DNA of 64,000 nucleotides, taken from the NCBI GenBank assembly GCA_900548225.1, contig URJM01000002.1:4848-68847 (forward strand), given 5' to 3'. Position numbers and translations under genes: made by a program. Below, piece by piece: positions 8,739-17,536 of the stretch (within the stretch, counting starts at the first letter, position 1; the number at the start of each line of letters is the position of its first letter). Below the pieces are notes generated by a model. It had not been told where the DNA came from, did not search any database, and worked only from the letters and a program-made list of their open reading frames with translations. The DNA is from an uncultured bacterium (GTDB lineage: Bacteria > Verrucomicrobiota > Lentisphaeria > Oligosphaerales > Oligosphaeraceae).

Positions 8739-10115
8739 CTATTCCGAAGATTTCTTCTTCAGGGGAGCAGGGATGGTCGGTGCGGCCAGCTGTTCGGGGA
8801 CGTAGATTGCGAAGAGGAGCTCGTGGATGAAGCCGAGCATGAAGAGGCGTGCCTCAATCGAGGTCTGCACCTCGGCGAAGCTGTCCTTCACCTCTTCCCA
8901 GAATCCCTTCATGTCCCCCTTCTCGACCTCAAGCGTGCTGGATGCGGCAATGCGCTGGATAAGTTCGCCCTCCTTCTTCTGGAGACGGCTCCAGAATTGG
9001 GGGAGCGTTCCCTCGATGGTCAGCGACAGGTTCTCCTCGTAGTTGAGGCGCTTCAGCATGCTGTTGAAGTTTTTGCGCAGGGTAGGCGAGAGCTTCAGCT
9101 GGGAGCCCAGCTTCGCCCAGTCGATGCGCGAAAGGAGGAGGTCGACGAACTTCTTGGATTCGTCAAGCTTCTTGATGGCGGCGTCGCGCTCCGCATTGCT
9201 CTTGCCGGCGCGGGCCTCGGTGTTGGCCGCGTCATTCTGAATCTGGCGGTTTGCCTGGAGCTGCTCCTGGAACTTGTTCTGCCAGCCGTTCAGTTCCTCC
9301 TTGAGGCGGGACAGCTCGGCCTGAAGGCGGGTGGTGACCCGCTCGGCATTCTCGCTGGCAGTGGCGGCACGCTTCTCCAATTCCTCGGAACGGGAGGAAA
9401 GAAGGCCGCTCAGGCGCTTCACCTCCGCCGAAGAGGAGAGGAACTTCTGGTTCAAGGCTTCAAGGTCGCCCTTCTGGGTGCGGATCTGATGACGGGCTTC
9501 CTTGAGCTCGTTCTCGGCGCTCTGCTGCTGCTGGCGTGCCTTCTCAAGCTCGCCGGAAGCGCTGGAGGCCTTGCGGTCAGCCTCGGAAAGACGCGCCTCT
9601 AGCTCCTTGATGCGCTCAAGAAGCTCCTCGGAACCCTCCTGGTGGTTCAAAATCTGGTCAGCCTGCTCCTTCGTGAACTTCAGGGGGGCAAAGACAAGCA
9701 GAATCTTCCAGGCCTTCAAGTCCGAAACCTGGAAGAACTCCCTGAACTTGTCGTCGGAGAGGACGTAGTCCACGTCGTTGAGCTTGTTCTCCTTGCGGTA
9801 CTCCTTGTATTCGTCGGAGTTGAAGTATCCCTCAAGCTTTGCGTGAAGCTCGGCGTGGACGGGATACCACGCAGCAAAGAGCGCACTGCAGGTGGAGTCG
9901 CTGTAGTCGGTCTTCACAGCCTCGTTGATGACCTGCTTGGTCAGCCTCGGACGCTGCTGGGGATCAATCCTGTGACCGCCAAATGTGCAGACCTTCAAAA
10001 GCTGAGCGTTGCCGGAGATGTACTGGCTGAGGGTGCGCCAGGGAAGCTCCGACAGCATCTGAGAAAACATGTCAGGAATGCTGACGCCTTGGATTTTTTC
10101 GTTGTTTCCCAGCAT
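8739..10115 (-). CDS. hypothetical protein with a central coiled-coil of about 150 aa (458 aa)
   Basis: Strong RBS AAGGAG 8 nt upstream of the ATG at 10115. The central region is heptad-rich and E/K/Q/L-rich. No recognisable motif. The antisense ORF 8682-9602 is rejected as a low-complexity G/A/L mirror. Confidence 0.7.
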   Translation of the reverse strand: MLGNNEKIQGVSIPDMFSQMLSELPWRTLSQYISGNAQLLKVCTFGGHRIDPQQRPRLTKQVINEAVKTDYSDSTCSALFAAWYPVHAELHAKLEGYFNSDEYKEYRKENKLNDVDYVLSDDKFREFFQVSDLKAWKILLVFAPLKFTKEQADQILNHQEGSEELLERIKELEARLSEADRKASSASGELEKARQQQQSAENELKEARHQIRTQKGDLEALNQKFLSSSAEVKRLSGLLSSRSEELEKRAATASENAERVTTRLQAELSRLKEELNGWQNKFQEQLQANRQIQNDAANTEARAGKSNAERDAAIKKLDESKKFVDLLLSRIDWAKLGSQLKLSPTLRKNFNSMLKRLNYEENLSLTIEGTLPQFWSRLQKKEGELIQRIAASSTLEVEKGDMKGFWEEVKDSFAEVQTSIEARLFMLGFIHELLFAIYVPEQLAAPTIPAPLKKKSSE

Positions 10116-10139
10116 TCGGGAAGTACTCCTTGCTACTGA

Positions 10140-10496
10140 TTACTTGCTTAAAAGCCTCTCTGATTCGTGGACAAATGCCGCGATCATCTGACGGCGAAGG
10201 GAACGGTCAATCTTCTGGAAGGCCATGGCAAAACTCTCCGCCGCATCGTCCTTGCCCTCCGAACGGAGGCGGTCGATGGCCTCCTGGCATATCACCGACG
10301 CCTCGCGCCAGCGGTTCTCCTGGCATGCGGAAACCATGCGCACCATCGGGTCGTCCGCCGCGGGTTCCGAATCCTGCCTGGATTCCTGGCGCTGGCGTTC
10401 CAGCTCGCGTTCACGCTTGCGCTTGGCCTTGCGGTCAAGAAGCAGCTCTTCGTCTTCGTCGTATGCCTCGTCGTGCGTGAAGCGTTTCTTTGCCAT
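10140..10496 (-). CDS. hypothetical small charged protein (118 aa)
   Basis: ATG at 10496, ends 24 nt before the coiled-coil gene, same strand, so probably co-transcribed. Highly charged N-terminus (DEAYDEDEELLLDRKAKRKRERELERQRQ). Confidence 0.5.
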   Translation of the reverse strand: MAKKRFTHDEAYDEDEELLLDRKAKRKRERELERQRQESRQDSEPAADDPMVRMVSACQENRWREASVICQEAIDRLRSEGKDDAAESFAMAFQKIDRSLRRQMIAAFVHESERLLSK

Positions 10497-10897
10497 ATCT
10501 TGAAGTGGTTTGCCGGTGCGCGGGGAAAATGCGCCTCAGGCTGAAAAACAGGGGGGAGTCTCTATATATTCCGTCTTCGGAAAAGTGAGGCCGAACTGGG
10601 TTTGGCGGAGGAATAAGACGGCTGTGGAGCTGGATATTGGAAGGCCGGCCGTGACGTCAGGAAATCTCCTGGACACAGCCGGCCAGAGCTTCGAGCCGTA
10701 CTCGATTGGTGGAAAATCTGGAGGCGCGAATCGGATTCGGACCGATGAATAAAGGTTTTGCAGACCTTCGCCTTACCACTTGGCTATCGCGCCGTCGAAA
10801 GCGTGCTTAATGTAAACACCTTTCCTCACTTTGCAAGAGCCCCGCGTAAAAACACGCCAACAGAACGGCGCGCCACCCTGCGGCACGGGCCTCGCGG

Positions 10898-12517
10898 CTA
10901 CCTGAACACCTTCATCCCCTCGGGCGCCAGTACCACGGGCTTGTCCCCCCTCCGGGCGATGACTGTCACCTCCCCCATTGGAGTTGGGCATACGGCGGTG
11001 GCGTAGTCCAGGTCGCAGAGGTTCGGGGCGACCTTGACTCCCCCGCTGTATCCGTCTCCAACCGGGGTGATTCCCGTGATTGTCTCGACAAGCCATGCCA
11101 TTGGTGATGCGCCCCATCCGTGGCAGAGGCTGTTTCGGAGTCCCTGGAAGCATCCTGCTCCCGACTCCAGGTGGATGTCGCGTCTGCCCCTGCGGGGCAT
11201 TTCGTCGATTCTGCCCGCCCCCTTTGCCCATTCCAGGTCGAACTGCTCCCAGATTGTGCGGCTGCCCAGCTCCAGCATTCCGCCGTAGTACTCCCTCAGC
11301 AGGTCAAGGGCTTCCTGGGTCTTGCCGGCCATGGTGTAGACCTTGAGGTAGTTGTCAAAGTGGAAGGTGGACAGTTCACTCCTGGGGTTGACGGAGAGGA
11401 CGCGCCTGAAGACGTCGCGGGGCTTCTCAAGTCCCGTCAACGCCGCCCAGGCCGCCGCGGACTTGGGGCGCGAGGACTTGACATGCCGTCTGGCGACCTC
11501 GCGGGCGACCCTCCTGGCGTCGGCGAGGATCTTCGCCTCCCCAAACAGCTCCGCCAGTTCGCCGCATGCCTGGACGGCCGCCAGGTACAGGGGGCCATAG
11601 CTGTCGGCGGGAGTCCGCTCCACGGCTCCCCAGTCCACAATCTCGCCGTGCATGACGGAGTCGGGGTCGTTGTCGAAGGAGTCGAGGAGAAGCTTCGAGA
11701 AGAAGACAAAGGGCTTCCTCTGGCTCCTCAGGAACTTGTCGTCGGCGAAGAACCTGTGGTATTCCCTCTGGGAAAGGAACCAATATGCGGTATAGGAGGG
11801 AATCCCGTTGAAGTATTTGTTGACAAGCGCCTCCTCGTTCAGGAACTCGAGGCTCTCGGGAATCGCGCTGTGCCTTCTGTAGAGGACGCCGCATGCGCGG
11901 ATTTCATTGTAGAGGTCCCCCATCCAGACAAGGCGGTCGCGCTTGGTCCCGTCGAGCAACAATGGCGAAATGCATTTGTTCAGGGTGGTGAAGCACGCCT
12001 CGTATATTGCGTTGAGACGCTCGTCGCTGCATTCGAAGAAGCCTACGCGCTTCGCGGGATGCGTCCACGCCTCCGCGGAAATCTCGCGCAGGTTCAGGGT
12101 TGCCTTTTCGTCCAGGTTGTCAAGGCGGAGAAACCTGAACCCAGTATTGCCCACTCGCCCAATCCCCATTGCGGAAAGGGGAAGCACGATGTCATGCATG
12201 GAATGGTCGTTGTTCGGGGTGTTGACGACCTCGCTCACGGATTCGCCAAAACGTATCCTTGCATTCACGGGACCGGCCCCGTCACGCCCGCGGGAAATCC
12301 GGACGCCCTGCAAGGGCTCGACCGTGTCGTATTCGAGAATCACGGAGCCGCCGGGAGGAATCTGGGCGCCAGGGGCACGCCAAATCGTCGCAGTCTCCCC
12401 TGCGACATCCTTCAGGCGCTCGGCTCCGCGAACCCCGGAGCTCTTCCAGACCACCCGGGTGGGGGCAAGATAGGAGACAGAACGCTTTTCACGGTAGACG
12501 GCGGGGGAATTGGGCAT
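10898..12517 (-). CDS. six-hairpin (alpha/alpha)6 glycoside hydrolase, GH78 alpha-L-rhamnosidase-like catalytic domain
   Basis: Motif RDRLVWMGD resembles the GH78 hallmark R-x-R-x-G-W-x-GD. At 539 aa it is shorter than typical multi-domain GH78 enzymes. Family assignment is tentative. Confidence 0.55.
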   Translation of the reverse strand: MPNSPAVYREKRSVSYLAPTRVVWKSSGVRGAERLKDVAGETATIWRAPGAQIPPGGSVILEYDTVEPLQGVRISRGRDGAGPVNARIRFGESVSEVVNTPNNDHSMHDIVLPLSAMGIGRVGNTGFRFLRLDNLDEKATLNLREISAEAWTHPAKRVGFFECSDERLNAIYEACFTTLNKCISPLLLDGTKRDRLVWMGDLYNEIRACGVLYRRHSAIPESLEFLNEEALVNKYFNGIPSYTAYWFLSQREYHRFFADDKFLRSQRKPFVFFSKLLLDSFDNDPDSVMHGEIVDWGAVERTPADSYGPLYLAAVQACGELAELFGEAKILADARRVAREVARRHVKSSRPKSAAAWAALTGLEKPRDVFRRVLSVNPRSELSTFHFDNYLKVYTMAGKTQEALDLLREYYGGMLELGSRTIWEQFDLEWAKGAGRIDEMPRRGRRDIHLESGAGCFQGLRNSLCHGWGASPMAWLVETITGITPVGDGYSGGVKVAPNLCDLDYATAVCPTPMGEVTVIARRGDKPVVLAPEGMKVFR

Positions 12518-12550
12518 GGTGGTGTGGGGATTGGAAAGGGGGATTGCCAG

Positions 12551-12612
12551 AGACGACGGATTAGTATACTTGCCTCCACCGGAGACGACGGATTAATATA
12601 CTTGCCTCCACC
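12551..12612. promoter_or_regulatory. two tandem 30-bp direct repeats (agacgacggatta[g/a]tatacttgcctccacc, period 32 bp) in the divergent promoter region between the GH78-like gene and abiEi
   Basis: Seen directly in the sequence, one mismatch between copies. Candidate operator. Confidence 0.4.
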
Positions 12613-12641
12613 CTGGACTATTACGCCATGCCCCGATGTGC

Positions 12642-12666
12642 AACCCTTCCAGCTAGAATCTTTGCA
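12642..12666. repeat. 25-bp direct repeat copy 1 (aacccttccagctagaatctttgc)
   Basis: Identical copy at 13903-13927. Together they bracket a 1.26-kb segment that carries abiEi. Confidence 0.75.
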
Positions 12667-12755
12667 AACCATTCTTTTTGAGAAAGCGAGTTGCAGAGCG
12701 TTGAGCTGTCATTATATTGATGTCAAAACAATCCCCAAAAGGGGAATAAATTGAC

Positions 12756-13286
12756 ATGAAACTCTACGACAATATCAATGCCACGGCACTTTCCAACTAT
12801 GGCCTGATCACATCCTCCCAGGCCACGGCACTTGGCGTGCGCCTCAAGGACCTGCTTGAATGGGTGAAAATCGGTCGTCTGGAGAAATGCTGGCGTGGAG
12901 TTTACCGCCTTGTGCATTATCTGCCGACGGAGTACGACCGCTATGCAGAGGCCTTGGCGACAGTTGGAGAAGATTCGATGATATGGGGGGAAAGCGTTCT
13001 CGCCATGCACAATCTTGCCATGGTGAATCCCGACAAAATTGAAGTCGCCACGACACGCCGTGTGCGCAGGGAACTGCCCACTTGGATAGGTCTTGTAAGG
13101 CTTCGAGAAGAACCTCTGCATGATGCCTTCAACGGCATCCGCTGCCAGCCTCTGGCGGAATCCTTCAGGCATTGCAAGGGAAAGGTCATGAACCAACGCC
13201 TCGCGGAGGCAGTTGTCGAAGCGGAACAAAGAGGTCTTCTCGGCATCACCGAGGCCTGTGCATTGAAAAAAGAGTTTCCATTATGA
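12756..13286 (+). CDS. AbiEi-family antitoxin/transcriptional regulator-like protein (AbiEi_4 N-terminal domain)
   Basis: N-terminal pattern ...GLITSSQATALGVRLKDLLEWVKIGRLEKCWRGVYRL matches the AbiEi wHTH consensus (...G.IT..QA..LG.....L..LV..G.L.....GVY.L). Confidence 0.6.
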   Translation: MKLYDNINATALSNYGLITSSQATALGVRLKDLLEWVKIGRLEKCWRGVYRLVHYLPTEYDRYAEALATVGEDSMIWGESVLAMHNLAMVNPDKIEVATTRRVRRELPTWIGLVRLREEPLHDAFNGIRCQPLAESFRHCKGKVMNQRLAEAVVEAEQRGLLGITEACALKKEFPL

Positions 13287-13902
13287 ACCGCCCAAATACA
13301 TGCTCCAACCTCATCAAGGCAATAAACTCGCTGTGGAAACTTGAAAAAGTAAACGCACCTTCGCAGGAGTAAACGCACTTCAAGGTGAAAAAAGCGTGCG
13401 TTTATTTCCGCAAGTCGTGCTTTCTATTCCGCAAGTTTTTTCCCCGCGCCGTCCTCCACAGGGCAGGTGTTGCGTTAGATTCTGCATAGTCGCCTCCTTT
13501 TGAGACGCAATTCTCCCGTCCGTCCTGCGCGGCATCTTTTTCGGAGGTATTAAACGCACGGGGCGGCTGAAGCGAACCTTGATATGACGGGGCGGCCTAG
13601 TCCCTGACCAGTTCCGGCGTCATTCGAACCTGGTCGGGGGCTATTTCCCCTATGCCGAGCTTTTCAAGGACATCCTCCCCGTAGCATTGGGCGAACCTTC
13701 TGGCGGCGATGACGTTCCCCAGCGACGCCCTGATCACGCTGTTCATGTGGGCCAGGGCCAGGTTCACCTTCTCCTGCGTGAGGAACTCCATGCTTTCGCC
13801 CTTGGGGAGTATCCTTGCAGCCGCTCAAGCCCGTCGAATATGTCGATGACCGACAGGGACGTGTTGGCGTCCCGCAGGAAGGCCAGCATGGCGGCGCATC
13901 AT

Positions 13903-13927
13903 AACCCTTCCAGCTAGAATCTTTGCG
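13903..13927. repeat. 25-bp direct repeat copy 2
   Basis: Matches 12642-12666 at 24-25 of 25 positions. Confidence 0.75.
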
Positions 13928-14044
13928 GAGAGAGCCTCCCCTTTTCCCCGGTCCCTGCTTGAAACTGTATATTACGCGCCATTACGGGAATGGCACTGTT
14001 TTCCCGATGTTTTTTTGGGTATTCAAGGATTTTTCTAGTCGTAT

Positions 14045-16147
14045 ATGGAACAGAGCATCACGGAACAGCTTGCGTTGCTGGCCCTTCAGTTGGGTGTGAT
14101 TATCTTCGCCTCTAACATTGTGGGGCGTCTTGCCCAGAAGATTAACATTCCGTCGGTGCTAGGCGAACTTGCCACGGGCGTCATCCTCGGACCCTATCTT
14201 CTTGGGTCGATCGCGCTGCCCTTCTTCCCCAACGGATTCTTCCCGCTGCCGGCGGCGAACGCCGGCATCCCAGTGTCAGACACCCTCTATGCGCTGGCGA
14301 CAATAGGCTCGGTAGTCCTTCTCTTCGAATCTGGGCTCGAGACAGACTTCCGCACATTCTTCCGCTACTCCTTTGCGGGGACGATTGTCGGACTGGGGGG
14401 CGTCGTCTTCTCATTCGTATTCGGAGACCTCCTGGCGGTTTTCATCTACAAGTGCGGTTGGCTTGACCCCCGTGCCCTCTTCCTGGGAATCCTCTCGACT
14501 GCGACCAGTGTCGGCATTTCGGCCAGAATCCTTTCCGAGAGAAAGGCGATTGACTCCCCCGAGGGCACGACCATCATGGCGGCGGCGGTCATCGACGACG
14601 TCCTCGGCATCATCTGCCTTGCGATTGTGATGGGCATTGTCGGCAGCGGGGACGCGTCCCACGTCTCCTGGGGCAAGATCGGCCTTGTTGCCATCAAGTC
14701 GATAGGCATCTGGGTGTTTTTCACTGCCCTGGGGCTTGCGGGCGCCCACTTCTTCGCCCGTGTCCTCAAGCGTTTCCACTCCAGCACCTCGTACGCGGTC
14801 CTGGCGCTTGGCGCGGCGCTGCTTCTTGCCGGAATCATGGAGCGTTGCGGGCTTGCGATGATCATTGGCGCATACACGGCGGGTCTCTCGCTCTCCCGCT
14901 CCGACCTCTCCTTTGCAATACAGCTCCGACTCCACGGCATCTACGGATTCCTGGTGCCGGTCTTCTTCGTCGTCATGGGCATGATGGTTGACGTCAAGGT
15001 CCTCGCCGACTGGCAGACCCTCAAGCTCGGACTCATCTTCACGGTCCTTGCAATCCTGGGGAAAATCATCGGCTGCATGCTGCCGGCCCTCGCCGTCAAC
15101 TTCAATCCAAAGGGGGCGCTCCGCATCGGGTGCGGAATGATTCCGCGTGGCGAGGTCGCACTCATCATCGCGGGAATAGGCGCGACTACGATGATGACAC
15201 TCAATGGACATCAGCAGCCCATCGTTGACTCCACGCTCTTCGGAGTCGCCATCATCATGACCCTGCTGACAACGCTGGTCGCACCAAATCTCCTGATGCT
15301 CAGCCTCAACATCCCGGGACGGGGCGTCCGGAAGGTGAAGCCGGACGCGCTGACAGTCCACCTGGAGTACCCCATGCCCTCCACGGTCGTGGCGGACTTC
15401 CTCGTCCGCCAGCTGATTGTCAACTTCCGCCAGGAGGGATTCAGGCACAGCGACTATTCGCGGGACTACAGCGTCGTCAACTTCCGCAAGGAGCGTTCCT
15501 CCTTTGTCATGACAGTCTCCGACGGGGTCATCTCCTTCGAGTGCTCCAAGGCGGACGCGCCGACCATCAAGAACATCTACAACGAGACCACCTACGAACT
15601 CTACCAGAACATCGAGGAGCTGCGCAGGCTCTCGCCGTCGATGGCCGTCGCCAAGGACGCCGATGTCTACGACAAGGTGATTCCCTATACGGGGCATGAT
15701 TCCCTCTCCCTGGACAAGATCATTCCCGAGGGCGGCGCCATAGTCGACCTGCAGGCGACCACGTACATGGGCGCCATCGAGGAGATGGTCCGCCACCTCT
15801 ACCGCTGCGGCCATGTCGGCGACTATGCCGCGTGCCTCCAGGACGTGCTTGCCCGCGAGGCCCAGGCCTCCACGGTCATGGACAAGGGGGTTGCAATGCC
15901 CCATGCCAAGTCCTCCACCGTCAGGCAGATGGTCTCCGTCGTGGCAATCTGCCGCCAGGACACCCCCGTCGAGGAGGACGGCAAACCCCTGCGCCTCATC
16001 ATTCTCACTGTTGCGCCCAAGGACCAGGACAGCCCGTACATGCAGTATATTGCGCATCAGGCATCCCGCATCTGCAGCCTTGCCAGCCTTGACGAGGTCT
16101 GCGCAATCAAGGTCCCTTCCGAACTCAGGAGGTTCTTCCTGGACTAG
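14045..16147 (+). CDS. cation:proton antiporter (CPA/Na+-H+ exchanger family) fused to a C-terminal PTS EIIA type-2 (EIIA-Ntr-like) domain
   Basis: About 400 aa of multi-TM hydrophobic core typical of Na+/H+ exchangers, then a C-terminal domain of about 150 aa with the EIIA-2 phosphorylation-site motif GVAMPHAK. Confidence 0.85.
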   Translation: MEQSITEQLALLALQLGVIIFASNIVGRLAQKINIPSVLGELATGVILGPYLLGSIALPFFPNGFFPLPAANAGIPVSDTLYALATIGSVVLLFESGLETDFRTFFRYSFAGTIVGLGGVVFSFVFGDLLAVFIYKCGWLDPRALFLGILSTATSVGISARILSERKAIDSPEGTTIMAAAVIDDVLGIICLAIVMGIVGSGDASHVSWGKIGLVAIKSIGIWVFFTALGLAGAHFFARVLKRFHSSTSYAVLALGAALLLAGIMERCGLAMIIGAYTAGLSLSRSDLSFAIQLRLHGIYGFLVPVFFVVMGMMVDVKVLADWQTLKLGLIFTVLAILGKIIGCMLPALAVNFNPKGALRIGCGMIPRGEVALIIAGIGATTMMTLNGHQQPIVDSTLFGVAIIMTLLTTLVAPNLLMLSLNIPGRGVRKVKPDALTVHLEYPMPSTVVADFLVRQLIVNFRQEGFRHSDYSRDYSVVNFRKERSSFVMTVSDGVISFECSKADAPTIKNIYNETTYELYQNIEELRRLSPSMAVAKDADVYDKVIPYTGHDSLSLDKIIPEGGAIVDLQATTYMGAIEEMVRHLYRCGHVGDYAACLQDVLAREAQASTVMDKGVAMPHAKSSTVRQMVSVVAICRQDTPVEEDGKPLRLIILTVAPKDQDSPYMQYIAHQASRICSLASLDEVCAIKVPSELRRFFLD

Positions 16148-16226
16148 GCGGCGCCCGCCCTTCGACCGCCTGCTCCACGGAAACAGGCAATTTTCAGAAT
16201 TTCAACCACGGCAAGGAGGAAGAGTC

Positions 16227-16460
16227 ATGGAAATCGACAAGACCAAGCCATATCCAGTAATCGATCCGCATGAGTGCAAATCCTGCTCCAGGTGCGTTGT
16301 CGCATGCCCCAAGGGCTGTCTGCGAATCGGAAAGAAGCTCAACGACCGGGGGTACTACTCCTGCGAGTATGTAGGCGAGGGCTGCATTGGCTGTGCGAGC
16401 TGCTTCTACAGCTGCCCGGAACCCAACGCGATTGAAGTCCACATCCCCCAGAAGGACTGA
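16227..16460 (+). CDS. korD: 2-oxoacid:ferredoxin oxidoreductase delta subunit (2x[4Fe-4S] ferredoxin)
   Basis: Two CxxCxxCxxxCP clusters (CKSCSRCVVACP and CIGCASCFYSCP). RBS AAGGAGGAAG precedes the ATG at 16227. Confidence 0.8.
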   Translation: MEIDKTKPYPVIDPHECKSCSRCVVACPKGCLRIGKKLNDRGYYSCEYVGEGCIGCASCFYSCPEPNAIEVHIPQKD

Positions 16461-16478
16461 CACAGGGAGGAAGATAAC

Positions 16479-17516
16479 ATGGCCAGCAAATTGGTGAAAG
16501 GCAACACTGCGGTCGTCATCGGCGCGCTCTATGCGGGTGCCGACTGCTACTTTGGATATCCCATCACTCCTGCCAGCGAAGTCCTCCAGGAGGCGTCGAA
16601 GTACTTCCCGATGGTCGGGAGGAAGTTCCTCCAGGCCGAGTCCGAGGAGGCCTCGATCAACATGTGCTACGGCGCCGCCTCCGCAGGGCACCGCGTCTTC
16701 ACGGCCTCCAGCGGCCCCGGAATCTCGCTGATGAGCGAGGGCATCTCGTATTGCGCCGGCGCCCAGCTGCCTGTGGTGATCGTGGATGTCATGAGGGCGG
16801 GCCCTGGACTTGGCAACATCGGGCCGGAACAGGGCGACTACAACCAGGTCGTCAAGGGCGGCGGCCACGGCAACTACAAGTGCATCGTAATCGCCCCCAA
16901 CAGCGTCCAGGAGATGTGTGACTTCACGATGGCCGCATTCGACCTCGCCTTCAAGTGGCGCACGCCTGTCTTCGTGCTGGCGGACGGCACCCTCGGACAG
17001 ATGATGGAGAGCCTCAGGCTCCCGGAAAAGGCCGTCGAGCCCACCGTGGACGCATCCTGGGCGGTGGCGGGCACGCCTGAGACGCGCCCCAATCTCGTCA
17101 CCAGCATCTTCCTGGACTTCGACCAGCTCGAGAAGTTCAACTACCAGCTCCAGGACAAGTATGCGCGCATCGAGGCCGAGGAGGCGCGCTGGGACGAATA
17201 CATGACCGACGACGCGGATACCGTGATTGTGGCATACGGCATCTGCAGCCGCATCGCGCACAGCGCGGTCGACATGGCGCGCGCCGCCGGAAAGAAGGTC
17301 GGAATGCTCCGCCCGAAGACTCTCTTCCCGTTCCCGAAGGCCCGGCTCCGCGAGATGGCCGACGGCGGCGTCAAGAGATTCATCTCCGTCGAGATGAGCA
17401 ATGGCCAGATGCGGGACGACATCAAGCTGGCCATCGACTGCCGCAAGCCAGTGGACCTGGTCTACCGCCTGGGCGGCAATCTCCTTGACCTCAAGCAGAT
17501 CATGGATGCACTCTAG
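16479..17516 (+). CDS. korA: 2-oxoacid:ferredoxin oxidoreductase alpha subunit
   Basis: N-terminus [27 protein letters not shown] is typical of KorA/PorA. RBS GGGAGG. Confidence 0.9.
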   Translation: MASKLVKGNTAVVIGALYAGADCYFGYPITPASEVLQEASKYFPMVGRKFLQAESEEASINMCYGAASAGHRVFTASSGPGISLMSEGISYCAGAQLPVVIVDVMRAGPGLGNIGPEQGDYNQVVKGGGHGNYKCIVIAPNSVQEMCDFTMAAFDLAFKWRTPVFVLADGTLGQMMESLRLPEKAVEPTVDASWAVAGTPETRPNLVTSIFLDFDQLEKFNYQLQDKYARIEAEEARWDEYMTDDADTVIVAYGICSRIAHSAVDMARAAGKKVGMLRPKTLFPFPKARLREMADGGVKRFISVEMSNGQMRDDIKLAIDCRKPVDLVYRLGGNLLDLKQIMDAL

Positions 17517-17536
17517 TCGAAAAGGAGGAACTACTC

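Noticed and set aside
13597-13791. 64-aa minus-strand ORF as a candidate AbiEii toxin fragment
   Set aside because: Wrong strand relative to abiEi, an in-frame stop immediately upstream, and no nucleotidyltransferase motifs recognisable. Kept only as part of the decayed region.
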